This document shows positions 1 to 9,375 of a DNA stretch of 52,207 nucleotides, piece after piece. Position numbers and translations under genes: made by a program. Each line of letters opens with the position of its first letter. The stretch's first letter is position 1. The notes under the pieces are model-generated. The model had not been told where the DNA came from and made no database searches. It saw nothing but the letters and a program-made list of their open reading frames with translations. This DNA comes from Aquificaceae bacterium (GTDB lineage Bacteria > Aquificota > Aquificia > Aquificales > Aquificaceae). The stretch lies in NCBI GenBank assembly GCA_015490115.1, contig WFYM01000015.1:1-52207 (forward strand), given 5' to 3'.

Positions 1-132
1 ATACTCTTATGTCCTCCTAAAGTTCCTATAGGATAGTATAGCATTATTCAGGTAAAGTAAGGAACCGAAAAAACCTCTCCCGCTCCTAATCCCTTCCGCG
101 GAGGTCTTTGAGACTTTGCCTCCTTCTTTTAT

Positions 133-720
133 TTACCTGACGTTTACCCGTCTGATGGTTATTTTCAAGAATTTCATGTGCAGAAACCACCCGACGATGG
201 TTGTCAACAAAATTGCAGGAGCGAAAACAAAGAACATAAATCTAAAAAATGGGTCCTCTTTTGCAAAAAATGAAATATCATCTGCCATAGATGAAATAAG
301 CACAATTCCTGCAGGTATTCCAATCAGTATTGCGATAAAACCACCCAAGATTTGCATTTTTACTCGGAACCTCACTGCCTCAAAGGCTTTATTCCAGTCT
401 ATTTTTATCTTGAACTCTCTCTTAAGCTTTTCAACTTCTTTCTCAGGTTCGAGTTCTTTGTTTCTCACCGTGAAACCAAAGAACACCAACACCCATTATG
501 TAGAGCATGTCTATCCTCTGGTTGAGGTTTTGGCTGATGAGGTCTATCCTTTCGTTCGTCCTCCTTATCTCTTCCTCAACTGTCCTATCTGCTCGTCTAT
601 CTTCTGGCTGAGATATCTGAAGTCTTCTTCCTGCCTTCTTTCGAGCTTTTCCATTCTCTCTTCAAGCTTGTCAAGCCTTTGCTTGATTTCTCTGCTCCTT
701 TCATCGACGACTTTGTAAAT
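133..720 (-). pseudogene. Probable degraded coiled-coil/membrane protein gene with two compensating frameshifts; includes ORF 133..492
   Basis: Frame 720->565 reads IYKVVDERSREIKQRLDKLEERMEKLERRQEEDFRYLSQKIDEQIGQLRKR*. The coiled coil continues in another frame (EEIRRTNERIDLISQNLNQRIDMLYIM), then returns to the original frame as the hydrophobic ORF 133..492. No start codon or RBS is evident, and the 3' part is AT-rich. Confidence 0.5.
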
Positions 721-1499
721 TACTTCTTCGGAAAGGTCCTTCCCAATCTCTTCGAGAGTTCCTCCGCAGCATGAACTACCGTGTCCCTGAACTTGGTGGT
801 AAGGAGCTTCTTCGGGACTCTGTGAGCGGGTGCAACGACGCTCACCGTGTAGTTAACCTTTCCCGCGTAGTCGAAAACAGGTGCAGCTATGCTCACCACA
901 TCTTCCTCATACTCACCTATGTTCACGGAAAAACCCCTCTTCCTTACAAGCTCCACCTCCTCCCTTACCTCGTCGGGTGTCTTCGTGTTTTCGGTGTATT
1001 TTATCCACTTCACTTTCTTGAAGTAGTCTTCAAGCTCCCTCTCGTCGAAGTAAGCGAGGTATATCTTCCCCGAAGCGGAAGCGTACATGGGAAGGACCCT
1101 CCCGAAACGGGAGAGTATACCCACCTCCCTCTCCACCTCTTGCCTTTCTATGTATAGGACCTCGTAGCCTATGCGGGTTGTTAGGTAAGAGTTTTCTTTC
1201 AGCTCATCTGCCACTTTTCTGAGAATGGGTCTTGCGAGACTCTTGACGTCGAGGTGTCCAAAATAAGCTCTCCCGAGCTCAAAACACTTCACACCGAGCA
1301 TGTATTTCCCGGACTCTTCGTGGTATGAGACCCACTCCCTTTCAACGAAGACTTCGAGTATCTTTTCTATCCTCTCCGCTTTCAGTCCGGTTATCTTTTG
1401 GAGATCTTCGATGCTTCTTGGCTCCTCATTTATCAAGAAAAGGATACGGAGGGCTTGATCGACGTTCTGTATCAAATAGTAGCTTTTATCCCTGTGCAT
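720..1499 (-). CDS. IclR-family transcriptional regulator
   Basis: N-terminal HTH (IQNVDQALRIL) and IclR effector domain (LPMYASASGKIYLA, SIAAPVFD). Start moved to ATG 1499, which has an AGGAG RBS; the longer ORF would overlap purA. Confidence 0.92.
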   Translation of the reverse strand: MHRDKSYYLIQNVDQALRILFLINEEPRSIEDLQKITGLKAERIEKILEVFVEREWVSYHEESGKYMLGVKCFELGRAYFGHLDVKSLARPILRKVADELKENSYLTTRIGYEVLYIERQEVEREVGILSRFGRVLPMYASASGKIYLAYFDERELEDYFKKVKWIKYTENTKTPDEVREEVELVRKRGFSVNIGEYEEDVVSIAAPVFDYAGKVNYTVSVVAPAHRVPKKLLTTKFRDTVVHAAEELSKRLGRTFPKK

Positions 1500-1533
1500 A
1501 ATTTGAACTCCTATTATACAATTAGTAGTTCGG
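1500..1533. promoter_or_regulatory. Divergent promoter region iclR/purA with overlapping -10 boxes
   Basis: TACAAT at 1517-1522 (+) and TATAAT at 1513-1518 (-) in a 34-bp gap. Confidence 0.55.
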
Positions 1534-2835
1534 ATGAAGAGGAAGCTGGTCGTTTTGGGCGCCCAGTGGGGTGACGAGGGCAAAGGTAAGATCGTAGACC
1601 TCCTCTCCGAAAGCTACGATATGGTCATAAGGTATCAGGGGGGGAGCAACGCGGGACACACAGTTATCTACAACGGAAAGAGGGTGGTTCTGCACCTGCT
1701 TCCGACGGGTATACTTCACCCCCACGTGACCGGTGTGATAACGCAGGGTATGGTGGTGGACCTTGAGGTCCTCGATCAGGAGCTGAGACAGTTAAAAGAA
1801 CTCGGCGTTGACTGTGAGGGAAGGCTGTTCATAAGCGACAGGGCGCACCTCGTCCTTCCCTACCACAAGATCCTCGACAGGCTATTCGAGAAGAGGGGAG
1901 GGATAGGGACGACATTGAGGGGTATAGGACCGGCTTACATGTTCAAGTTCGGGAGGAAGGGTATAAGGATATCGGACCTCGAAGACGAGAAGAGGGTGGG
2001 TGAACTCGTCGAAGAAAACTTCCGTTTCGTGAAGGACATCTCGGAGAAGGTCTTCGGTGAGAGGATAGAAGTGGACGTGGAGGGAACCCTCGAGAAGATC
2101 CTCAGGATCTACGAGCGCTACAGGGGTATGGTCAGGGACGTTTCTAAGCTCTTGCTCGAGAGCGATAGATCTATGATATTCGAGGGCGCTCAGGGGACAA
2201 TGCTCGACGTCGATATGGGAACTTATCCCTTCGTGACCTCCTCCAACTCCTCAGCCCTCGGTCTCGCCAACGGAACGGGTCTCTCACCCAAGTTCTTCTC
2301 GGACGCTTACTTCCTCGGTGTTTCAAAGGCATACACGACTAGGGTGGGGGGCGGTCCATTCCCAACCGAGCTTGAAGGACCGGAGGGTGAGAAGCTGAGA
2401 GAACTCGGCGGAGAATACGGTTCAACTACGGGAAGACCGAGGAGGTGCGGTTGGCTCGACCTCGTGGTCCTCAGGCATGCGGTAAGGGTAAACCAGCTGG
2501 ACGGTCTTGTGATAACGAAGCTCGACGTCCTCGACACCTTCGAGGAGATAAAGGTATGCGTCGCTTACGACTGCGGAGGTGAGAAAATAGACCACTTTCC
2601 CGCGAGTCTTAGCCTCCTCAGGGAATGCAGACCCGTTTACGTAACTATGAAAGGTTGGCTAAAGCCCACAAAGGGTATAAGGGACATAAGCGACCTCCCT
2701 CCACGTGCTAAGGAGTATATAGGTCTGATCGAGGAGGTCACGGGTGTCCCCGTTGTTATGCTCTCTACGGGTCCGAGAAGGGAAGAGTGCCTATGGCTGA
2801 GGGAGATACCGGGGACAAAGGTAAAGTATTTTTGA
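1534..2835 (+). CDS. purA: Adenylosuccinate synthetase
   Basis: GAQWGDEGKGKIVD, QGGSNAGHT, FEGAQG, GTYPFVTSS and TTGRPRRCGWLD motifs. Confidence 0.98.
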   Translation: MKRKLVVLGAQWGDEGKGKIVDLLSESYDMVIRYQGGSNAGHTVIYNGKRVVLHLLPTGILHPHVTGVITQGMVVDLEVLDQELRQLKELGVDCEGRLFISDRAHLVLPYHKILDRLFEKRGGIGTTLRGIGPAYMFKFGRKGIRISDLEDEKRVGELVEENFRFVKDISEKVFGERIEVDVEGTLEKILRIYERYRGMVRDVSKLLLESDRSMIFEGAQGTMLDVDMGTYPFVTSSNSSALGLANGTGLSPKFFSDAYFLGVSKAYTTRVGGGPFPTELEGPEGEKLRELGGEYGSTTGRPRRCGWLDLVVLRHAVRVNQLDGLVITKLDVLDTFEEIKVCVAYDCGGEKIDHFPASLSLLRECRPVYVTMKGWLKPTKGIRDISDLPPRAKEYIGLIEEVTGVPVVMLSTGPRREECLWLREIPGTKVKYF

Positions 2836-3221
2836 GAAGAGCCTTTCACCTTAACCTCGCCTTCGTATTCGCGATCACGGTCCTTTTCGTCGCTTCACTT
2901 TCCCTTTACAGCTTGTTTGCGGTCCCCGTTTCCGTAAAGCTCCTTCTCTACGTTTACTCGGTCGTTGTCGGTTCCGCCCTCTTCTCATACCTCGTAGCTC
3001 TTTTGCTGAGGAGAAGGTTCCCTGTAAGCACCTCGGAAAAGCTATGGAGCTACAAAGCTGTCAGAATATACTTTTGGAGCTACATGCTTTTGTCCGTTCC
3101 TTTCTTTTTGTCTTTCCTCTTTTACGTCTTTGCGGGCAACCTCTCCTCCCTACTTATCGGCTACCTCCTCTCCCTCTGTGGTTTAATTATCTTCAAACCG
3201 AGAAGGGGGGACGTGAGATGA
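2832..3221 (+). CDS. Hypothetical membrane protein (about 4 TM segments)
   Basis: Hydrophobic ORF. A likely TTG start overlaps the purA stop (TTGA), and its stop overlaps the next ATG. Confidence 0.7.
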   Translation: MRRAFHLNLAFVFAITVLFVASLSLYSLFAVPVSVKLLLYVYSVVVGSALFSYLVALLLRRRFPVSTSEKLWSYKAVRIYFWSYMLLSVPFFLSFLFYVFAGNLSSLLIGYLLSLCGLIIFKPRRGDVR

Positions 3222-3442
3222 ACCGTGAGGAGATCGTGGAGAAGCTCTGCCGTGAGGATCCTCAGTTCAGGGAGTGGAAGGAAAAGCACGACGAACTCGA
3301 CAAGAAGGTTGCAAAGCTCGAAAAGCACCATCCCATGACCCACGATCTCCAGCTCGAGATAGAGAAGCTAAAGAAAGAAAAGCTCTACTACAAGGACCTC
3401 ATGGAAAGGAGGATAGCGGAGTTCATGAGAAGTAAGGGGTAG
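3218..3442 (+). CDS. DUF465/YdcH-family small coiled-coil protein
   Basis: MNREEIVEKLCREDPQFREWKEKHDELDKKV...IEKLKKEKLYYKD matches the DUF465 pattern (F..L...H..LD..I...LKKEKL..KD). ATGA overlap with the upstream gene. Confidence 0.8.
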   Translation: MNREEIVEKLCREDPQFREWKEKHDELDKKVAKLEKHHPMTHDLQLEIEKLKKEKLYYKDLMERRIAEFMRSKG

Positions 3443-4046
3443 GGTCGGGAACACCCGCTTCCTTGAAACCCTCCTTCCTCTCAACGCACTTTGCACAGAC
3501 ACCGCAATGCATACCCTTTACGGGGTTCGCACAGGAGAAGGTAAGGTCGTAGCGTAGCTTCCCCGAGAACCTCCTTATTACTTCCGGCTTTGTCATTCCC
3601 ATGAAAGGTGTGTCTATCTTAAAGGGTGTCCTTAAACCCTCCGATATCAGCTCTTCGAGTCTGTCGAAGTATTCCCTTCTGTTGTCGGGGAAGGGGTATA
3701 CGCCGAGGCTACCTACACCGAGGGTCCTTATACCTCTCCTGTGGGCGAGGAGGGCTGTCTGGACGGTAAGGACCATGTTTCTTAAGGGTATCTCCATCTG
3801 CTCCTCTTTGATGGGAACACCCTTCACGGAAGGTCCCTTCATGAAGAGGGTCCTCAGGGGAGAAATTCTCTTATACCTCTTCCTCAGCCAAGTCCACAGC
3901 TTCAAGAGGTGGTTTCTCTCAGCCTCCTCCCAAGGGAGTCCCGACCTCACGTAGAAGGGGTATACGTAGTCGCCCCTCAGAAGATAATGGACAGCGAGGG
4001 AGGAGCTTTCCACACCACCGCTGAGGAGAACCGCCACCTTCCTCAT
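3423..4046 (-). CDS. queC: 7-cyano-7-deazaguanine synthase (QueC/ExsB family)
   Basis: PP-loop LLSGGVESS, IPLRN, FPDN and Zn-binding TFSC...HCGVCAKCVER. Confidence 0.8.
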   Translation of the reverse strand: MRKVAVLLSGGVESSSLAVHYLLRGDYVYPFYVRSGLPWEEAERNHLLKLWTWLRKRYKRISPLRTLFMKGPSVKGVPIKEEQMEIPLRNMVLTVQTALLAHRRGIRTLGVGSLGVYPFPDNRREYFDRLEELISEGLRTPFKIDTPFMGMTKPEVIRRFSGKLRYDLTFSCANPVKGMHCGVCAKCVERKEGFKEAGVPDPTPYFS

Positions 4047-4786
4047 GCCTGAGAACCCGCTATGTGCCTCCCGCTGTCGACCATTATGATCTCACCGGTC
4101 ACGCTTTCCACCTCAAGGAGGTAGATCACAAGGCTGAGGATGTCCTTCAGCGACACCTCCCTCCTCAGGGGTGTGTTGCTTAGGATCTTCTTCCAAGTTT
4201 CCTCCTCCATACCTTCAGGTTTTGCGGTAGGTCCGAGGGCTATGCAATTCACAAGAACGTGAGGAGAGAACTCCTTCGCGAGGACCTTAACCGCGGTGTG
4301 CAAAGCTCCTTTAGCCACGAGGTATGCGGAAAAGCCCCTGTAAGGTGTCATCTCGACAGCCCAGTCTCCGAAGGCTACTATCCTACCCTTCACCTTCCCT
4401 CCATTCCTCATCATGAGCCTGTAAACCCTCGAAGATATCAAGAGGAAGGCTTCAACTATCGGTCCGAAGTGGCTAAGGATCTCTTCGTGGGAGAGGGTCT
4501 CAACGGGTGTCTTCTTATAGGGTGAGGCGAGGTGTAAAAAGGCGTCGAGCCTCCCGAACCCTTCCTCAATGCGCCTTACAACCTCATCGCAAGCTTTAGG
4601 GTCCGAGAGGTCAGCCCTTATGGGGAGAACCCTCCTCCCCTGCCTCTTTCCTTCCTCCTCTATCCTTTTCGCCTCCTTCTCTGAACTCCTGTATACGAGG
4701 GCAACGTCAAAGCCGACCCTCAACAGATACCTCGCCACCTCCCCCCCTATCCTCCTTATACCCGTTATCAGGGCTACCCTTTCCAT
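4043..4786 (-). CDS. Short-chain dehydrogenase, pteridine reductase/FolM-like
   Basis: ALITGIRRIG (TGxxRIG type of PTR1/FolM), catalytic YxxxK (YLVAK), VNCIALGP and VDSGRHI. Confidence 0.8.
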   Translation of the reverse strand: MERVALITGIRRIGGEVARYLLRVGFDVALVYRSSEKEAKRIEEEGKRQGRRVLPIRADLSDPKACDEVVRRIEEGFGRLDAFLHLASPYKKTPVETLSHEEILSHFGPIVEAFLLISSRVYRLMMRNGGKVKGRIVAFGDWAVEMTPYRGFSAYLVAKGALHTAVKVLAKEFSPHVLVNCIALGPTAKPEGMEEETWKKILSNTPLRREVSLKDILSLVIYLLEVESVTGEIIMVDSGRHIAGSQA

Positions 4787-4793
4787 AAGAATA

Positions 4794-5543
4794 TTAAAAC
4801 CCGAGGAAGCTGAGGACTTTTTCTTTGAGGAGAACTCCCAAAAAGCACCCGAGGGAGAGGAAGGGACCGAAGGGTATGGCGAACTGGATCGTTTTGTTCC
4901 TGATTATGAGGGGTGAGGCGTAAGCGAGGGCTATGAGGCTCCCGAAAAACATAGAGATGAGAACTCCGTAGGGACCTGTAACGGAACCTATGAAGCCGAG
5001 GAGCTTCACGTCTCCGAAACCGAGACCTTCGACCTTCCTTATCCTTATGTAGTAAAAGTAAATGGCGAGGGAGAGGAAAAAGCCGAGGAAAATACCCGAG
5101 ATGCTCCCGATGGGAGTTATCGTCTCCCTGAAGGGTGAGGTGAGGACTCCCATCAGCATACCCGGAATTGTTATCCTGTCCGGGAGGAGGAACCACTTAA
5201 GATCTATAACTGAAAGGATAAGGAGAGAAGAGAAGAAGGCGTAGTAGACTAAGAAGTCGGCGGATAAACCCCACACCCAGTATGTCAAAACCATCAATAG
5301 ACCACTCGAAAGCTCAACGAGGGGATACTGGAGGGGTATCCTCGCACCGCAGTCCCTGCACTTCCCCCTTAGGACTACGTAAGATATGAGGGGGACGTTG
5401 TCGAACCACCTTATTTTGGAGCCGCAGGAGGGGCAAAAGGAGGGGGGTCTGAGTAGGGACATGTTCCTCGGGAGTCTGTATATCACCACGTTGTAAAAGC
5501 TACCGAAGACGGTCCCGAGGATGAAGAGGAGAGCATACTCCAT
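4794..5543 (-). CDS. pilD: Prepilin peptidase/N-methyltransferase (A24)
   Basis: GSFYNVVIYRLP, two CxxC (CPSC, CRDC), GFGDVKL and IPFGPFL. Confidence 0.95.
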   Translation of the reverse strand: MEYALLFILGTVFGSFYNVVIYRLPRNMSLLRPPSFCPSCGSKIRWFDNVPLISYVVLRGKCRDCGARIPLQYPLVELSSGLLMVLTYWVWGLSADFLVYYAFFSSLLILSVIDLKWFLLPDRITIPGMLMGVLTSPFRETITPIGSISGIFLGFFLSLAIYFYYIRIRKVEGLGFGDVKLLGFIGSVTGPYGVLISMFFGSLIALAYASPLIIRNKTIQFAIPFGPFLSLGCFLGVLLKEKVLSFLGF

Positions 5544-6418
5544 CAGGCTGTCTCTTCTCTTACCTCCTCCCTGCTCAGAATTCTACCCATGTCGAGGACG
5601 AAGGCGCTCGCCACGAAGACAGAAGACAGCGTCCCGACAACGACGCCGACGACGAAGGCGAACATTATATTCGAGAGGGCGTGTCCGCCGACGAGAAAGA
5701 GGACGGAAGCGGTCGCGAAGGTCGTCAGCGAGGTCATCAACGTCCTCGACAGGGTCTGGTTTATGGAAAGGTCCATGATCTCCTCGAGGGGGAGACCTTT
5801 CCTTACCCTCAGGTTCTCCCTTATCCTGTCGAAGATCACAACCGTGTCCGCTACGGAGTATCCCGCGACTATGAGGAGGGCGGAGACGACTTCGAGGTTT
5901 ACCTCCCTGTAGGTGAGCGAGTAAGCTCCCGTAACTATTACGACGTCGTGGAGGAGGGCAAGGAGCGCTCCCACACCCCATATTGGTTTGAACCTGAAGG
6001 CAAGATACAGGAGTATGCCTCCGAGTGCTGTGAGGATGGCAAAGACAGCCTTTCTCCTTAGCTCTTCGCTTATGACGCTCCCTATCCTCTCCTCCCTAAT
6101 AAGTTCGTATTCGGAAACTTTTTTGAGGTTCTCCTTGACACCTTGAACGTCCTCTCCGAGTCTTACCTTCACTATGAAGCTCCCCTCCTTAGTCTCCTGA
6201 ACGAGGAAGGAGCCAATACCCGCCTCTTTAACCGCCCTCCTCACCTCGGATATATCCACATCTTTCGAGAACCTGATCTCAAGGACGGTCCCTCCCGTGA
6301 AGTCGAGACCGAGGTTCAGACCTCTGGTCATAAGTAGGAAAAGGCTTCCCAAAACTAAAAGGAGCGAGACCACGTAAGAGACGAACCTCCACCTCAGGAA
6401 CCTGAACCTTACCTCCAT
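5543..6418 (-). CDS. secF: Protein translocase subunit SecF
   Basis: [30 protein letters not shown] and SINQTLSRT. Start set at ATG 6418, coupled to the hpf stop. Confidence 0.95.
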   Translation of the reverse strand: MEVRFRFLRWRFVSYVVSLLLVLGSLFLLMTRGLNLGLDFTGGTVLEIRFSKDVDISEVRRAVKEAGIGSFLVQETKEGSFIVKVRLGEDVQGVKENLKKVSEYELIREERIGSVISEELRRKAVFAILTALGGILLYLAFRFKPIWGVGALLALLHDVVIVTGAYSLTYREVNLEVVSALLIVAGYSVADTVVIFDRIRENLRVRKGLPLEEIMDLSINQTLSRTLMTSLTTFATASVLFLVGGHALSNIMFAFVVGVVVGTLSSVFVASAFVLDMGRILSREEVREETA

Positions 6419-7020
6419 CACACCATCCTGCACTTCGTATTTATGAGACCGAAGTTGCCCCCCTTCTTCCTGTAGAGTATCTTCAGGTATCCCGTTTCTA
6501 TGTCCACGAATGGGACGAACATAGCTCCCGTAGTCTCGATCTCGACGAGGGCGTCCTCGACGCTCATGGGCTTTTCGAAGGCGAGTTCCTCCTCGACTAT
6601 CGTCGGCTTTTCCCTCTCTTCAGGGGGTAGGGACTCGGGTGCGTGCATCTTCTCCTTTATCTTCGCCGACTCCCTTCTGAGTTCCAATCTCCTTTGCTTT
6701 AACTTTATGAGCTGTCTCTCTATCTCGTCGAGGACCTGGTCGAGGGCTGTGAAGACGTCAGGGTCCTCCTCCCAAGCGTGGATCGAGCCGTGGGGGACGT
6801 TTTTGAGATACATGTGCATGTCCACCCTGTAGAGGGTAGGTCTGCTCCCGCCCGCGTAGTCTTTCTGCCTGGACCTTACGCTCGAGACGGACACAACAAC
6901 CTCGACCTGATCCTCCCCCGCCTCCCTGAGATACCTGTGAAATCTCCTGAGCTTTCCCTCTATGAAGGCTTTCATGGCATCCGTTATCTGTATGTCTACT
7001 CCCCTGAACTCTATGTTCAT
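6418..7020 (-). CDS. hpf: Ribosome hibernation promoting factor (long HPF/RaiA)
   Basis: [38 protein letters not shown] and C-terminal KPMSVEDA...[23 protein letters not shown]. Confidence 0.9.
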   Translation of the reverse strand: MNIEFRGVDIQITDAMKAFIEGKLRRFHRYLREAGEDQVEVVVSVSSVRSRQKDYAGGSRPTLYRVDMHMYLKNVPHGSIHAWEEDPDVFTALDQVLDEIERQLIKLKQRRLELRRESAKIKEKMHAPESLPPEEREKPTIVEEELAFEKPMSVEDALVEIETTGAMFVPFVDIETGYLKILYRKKGGNFGLINTKCRMV

Positions 7021-7043
7021 ACCTTCACCTCCGCCAGAATATT

Positions 7044-8555
7044 TTAACTGTATCTGAAGACCCTGATATCCGGGTCCGGGAGGACCTTCCCAGCCCTTAT
7101 CCCGGGGTCGAAGGGCTGGGTCTCCTCGAAGGAGTCGGGGAAGAGGATGGTCTCATCCGCTATGTTGTTGTTTACCGTGATCTTTAGGGTGAGGTCCCCG
7201 ATCTTCAGCTCCCCTCCTAAAAGTTCAGCTGTCCTTTCGTTTGCGAGGACCCTCTGCTCCCTCTCCACTTCGTGGGTCCACAGGTTCCAGTGACCGACGT
7301 CGTCGACGAGTGTCCTGTCAACGAGGAGGTATATACCTTCCTCTTCTACTTCCGTCCCTTCGAACTCCACCTCCTCTACGGGCGGGAGGTCGGGAACAGA
7401 GAGGTCCTCGGGAACTTCAGCTCCGAAGACCTCCCTTAGGAAGTCGGAGAGGGTCCAAAATTCCGAGCTTAAAACGGGTCCCGAAGTTTTGAGGTTCCCG
7501 AACCCGTTTCTGAAGCCCGTGAACTCCCTCTCCTGAAAGGACCTTACGGGAACGACGGCGTCCGAGGAGTTGGCTGTTAGGTTAGGAAAGAGGGTGAGGT
7601 GGACCTTGAAAGTTTTCTCGAGAGGCTCCGTATCGTTTATGTAAGCGAATGGGTTTCCCGTGAGGATAAGCGTATCGAGGGAAGTGGCTTCCCTCAAAAG
7701 GTCCGAGAGACTCTTCGTTTTTATCGGGGTGACGTCCCCGACGAAGGAGTAGTCTATTCCCGTCCTTAGCCTTATTCTCTTTAGGGCTGAGAGGACGTTT
7801 CCCCTCCAAGGCGTCCTCAGGAGGGTGTCTCCGATAAGGAGGAGGGAATCTCCGAGTCCGAGGATCGCGCGGGAGATCTTATCTACCTTTTCCGGAGCCT
7901 TCTTCCCCTCAATCGCGTCCGCCAAACTCTCTAAGAATCTCACAACTTTCGGGGGTTTGAGGAGGAAGCTCTCGCTCGCCTTCTGGGCTACTGTTCCGAA
8001 CCTCGATGAGACGGCGACGAGGTAAGCTCCCCTCTCCACAGCGTCCACTATCCACCTTACCGACATCACCTCCGAAAAGACGGGGTCGCACTCGATGGCG
8101 ACTATAACCTTCTTCGAAGACCAACTTTGGGGTTTCAAAGTTGAAGGTCTGAAGGGAAGGTGGACAGCGTCGGAGTATACACAGTCCGTGAGCTGAAGGG
8201 AGGTCAGGAGGTCCCTCAGGTCCGTCGTCAACCTGTCGAGGAAGATGCCGACCCTCTTCCCGACCCTCCTTCTTACCTCCTCGAGGCTACCCTCCCTGAA
8301 CTCTTCCCCCTCCCTCAAAAGGACCCTCTTCGCCCTCATAGGGTTTTTGGGGAGTTCCTGAAGGAGGGCTATACCTTTCGTGCATAGGCTACCCATACCG
8401 TTGGGATCGTTGGGGTGTCCGTAAACGTCAACTATATTCCCCCCCTTCAGATAGGCTATGTATCCGCAGTAGCAACCGCAACCGAAACAGACACCGATCT
8501 TTTCCTCATCGAACCCTTTGGCGGTGAGGGGGAGGTTGGTGGGTCTCAGGCTCAC
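7044..8555 (-). CDS. Molybdopterin oxidoreductase-family protein with N-terminal 4Fe-4S domain (short, divergent)
   Basis: CFGCGCYC...G.P.DP...GSLCTKG is the Molybdop_Fe4S4 motif. The later LTANSSDAVVP motif and a C-terminal molybdopterin dinucleotide-binding-like region fit the family. Confidence 0.75.
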   Translation of the reverse strand: MSLRPTNLPLTAKGFDEEKIGVCFGCGCYCGYIAYLKGGNIVDVYGHPNDPNGMGSLCTKGIALLQELPKNPMRAKRVLLREGEEFREGSLEEVRRRVGKRVGIFLDRLTTDLRDLLTSLQLTDCVYSDAVHLPFRPSTLKPQSWSSKKVIVAIECDPVFSEVMSVRWIVDAVERGAYLVAVSSRFGTVAQKASESFLLKPPKVVRFLESLADAIEGKKAPEKVDKISRAILGLGDSLLLIGDTLLRTPWRGNVLSALKRIRLRTGIDYSFVGDVTPIKTKSLSDLLREATSLDTLILTGNPFAYINDTEPLEKTFKVHLTLFPNLTANSSDAVVPVRSFQEREFTGFRNGFGNLKTSGPVLSSEFWTLSDFLREVFGAEVPEDLSVPDLPPVEEVEFEGTEVEEEGIYLLVDRTLVDDVGHWNLWTHEVEREQRVLANERTAELLGGELKIGDLTLKITVNNNIADETILFPDSFEETQPFDPGIRAGKVLPDPDIRVFRYS

Positions 8556-9364
8556 TTCTCAAAGACCTCTTTCTTTATCTCCTCCTCCCTCCCGAAGACT
8601 CCCATTATGTGGTAGCCGTGGTCGACGTGAACCACCTCCCCCGTTATACCGCTCGCCCAGTCGCTGCAGAGAAAGACAGCAGTGTCCCCTATCTGCTCCG
8701 TCGTTATAGGCTTTCCGAAGGGGTTTACCTTCGTCGTGTGTTCCATCAAGAGGTGAAACCCGGTTATGCTGTAAGCTGCGAGCGTCTTCACCGGACCTGC
8801 GGATATGGCGTTTATCCTGTGTCCGTGCTTCGCTATGTCGTAGGCTAAGTATCTTACCGCGGACTCGAGGGCTGCCTTCGCTATCCCCATCACATTGTAG
8901 TGGGGAACCACCTTCTCCGAGCCGTAATATGTAAGCGTTATTATGCTACCGTTTTTTCCCTCCATGAGGGGAAGGAGCTTTCTCGTGAGGGCTATTAGGG
9001 AGTAAACGGAGACCTCCATCGCTATCTTGAAGCCCTCCCTCGTCGTGTCTATCACACCCCCCTTGAACTCCTCTTTCGGGGCGTAAGCTACCGAGTGGAC
9101 GAGGATGTCAAGCTCCCCCCACTTTTCCTTTACGAACTTGTATAGGGCGTCTATGTCCTCGTCGGAGGTGACGTCGCACTTGGTGACGAGGTCGCTACCC
9201 AACCCTTTTGCTATCTCCTCCACCCTCTTTTTCAGCTTCTCGTTCGCGTAAGTAAAAGCAAGCTCCGCACCTTCCCTTTTGAATGACTTTGCTATGCCGT
9301 AGGCTATGCTCCTTTCGTTGGCAACACCCGTGATCAGGGCTTTCTTCCCTTCGAGGAGTCCCAT
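8552..9364 (-). CDS. fabI: Enoyl-ACP reductase
   Basis: GVANERSIAYGIA, HSVAYAP, YNVMGIAKAALE and NAISAGPVKTLA. Confidence 0.97.
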   Translation of the reverse strand: MGLLEGKKALITGVANERSIAYGIAKSFKREGAELAFTYANEKLKKRVEEIAKGLGSDLVTKCDVTSDEDIDALYKFVKEKWGELDILVHSVAYAPKEEFKGGVIDTTREGFKIAMEVSVYSLIALTRKLLPLMEGKNGSIITLTYYGSEKVVPHYNVMGIAKAALESAVRYLAYDIAKHGHRINAISAGPVKTLAAYSITGFHLLMEHTTKVNPFGKPITTEQIGDTAVFLCSDWASGITGEVVHVDHGYHIMGVFGREEEIKKEVFEK

Positions 9365-9375
9365 GGGAGACCTCC

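Noticed and set aside
22-65. GTTCCTA...TAAGGAAC short inverted repeat resembling the start of an Aquificae CRISPR repeat
   Set aside because: Single occurrence, no repeat-spacer periodicity and no cas genes. More likely part of the upstream region of a minus-strand gene starting at the window edge (AGGAGG at about 13-18).
116-718. 200-aa plus-strand ORF
   Set aside because: Ser/Leu/Phe-rich antisense shadow of the minus-strand coiled-coil remnant; no RBS or motifs.
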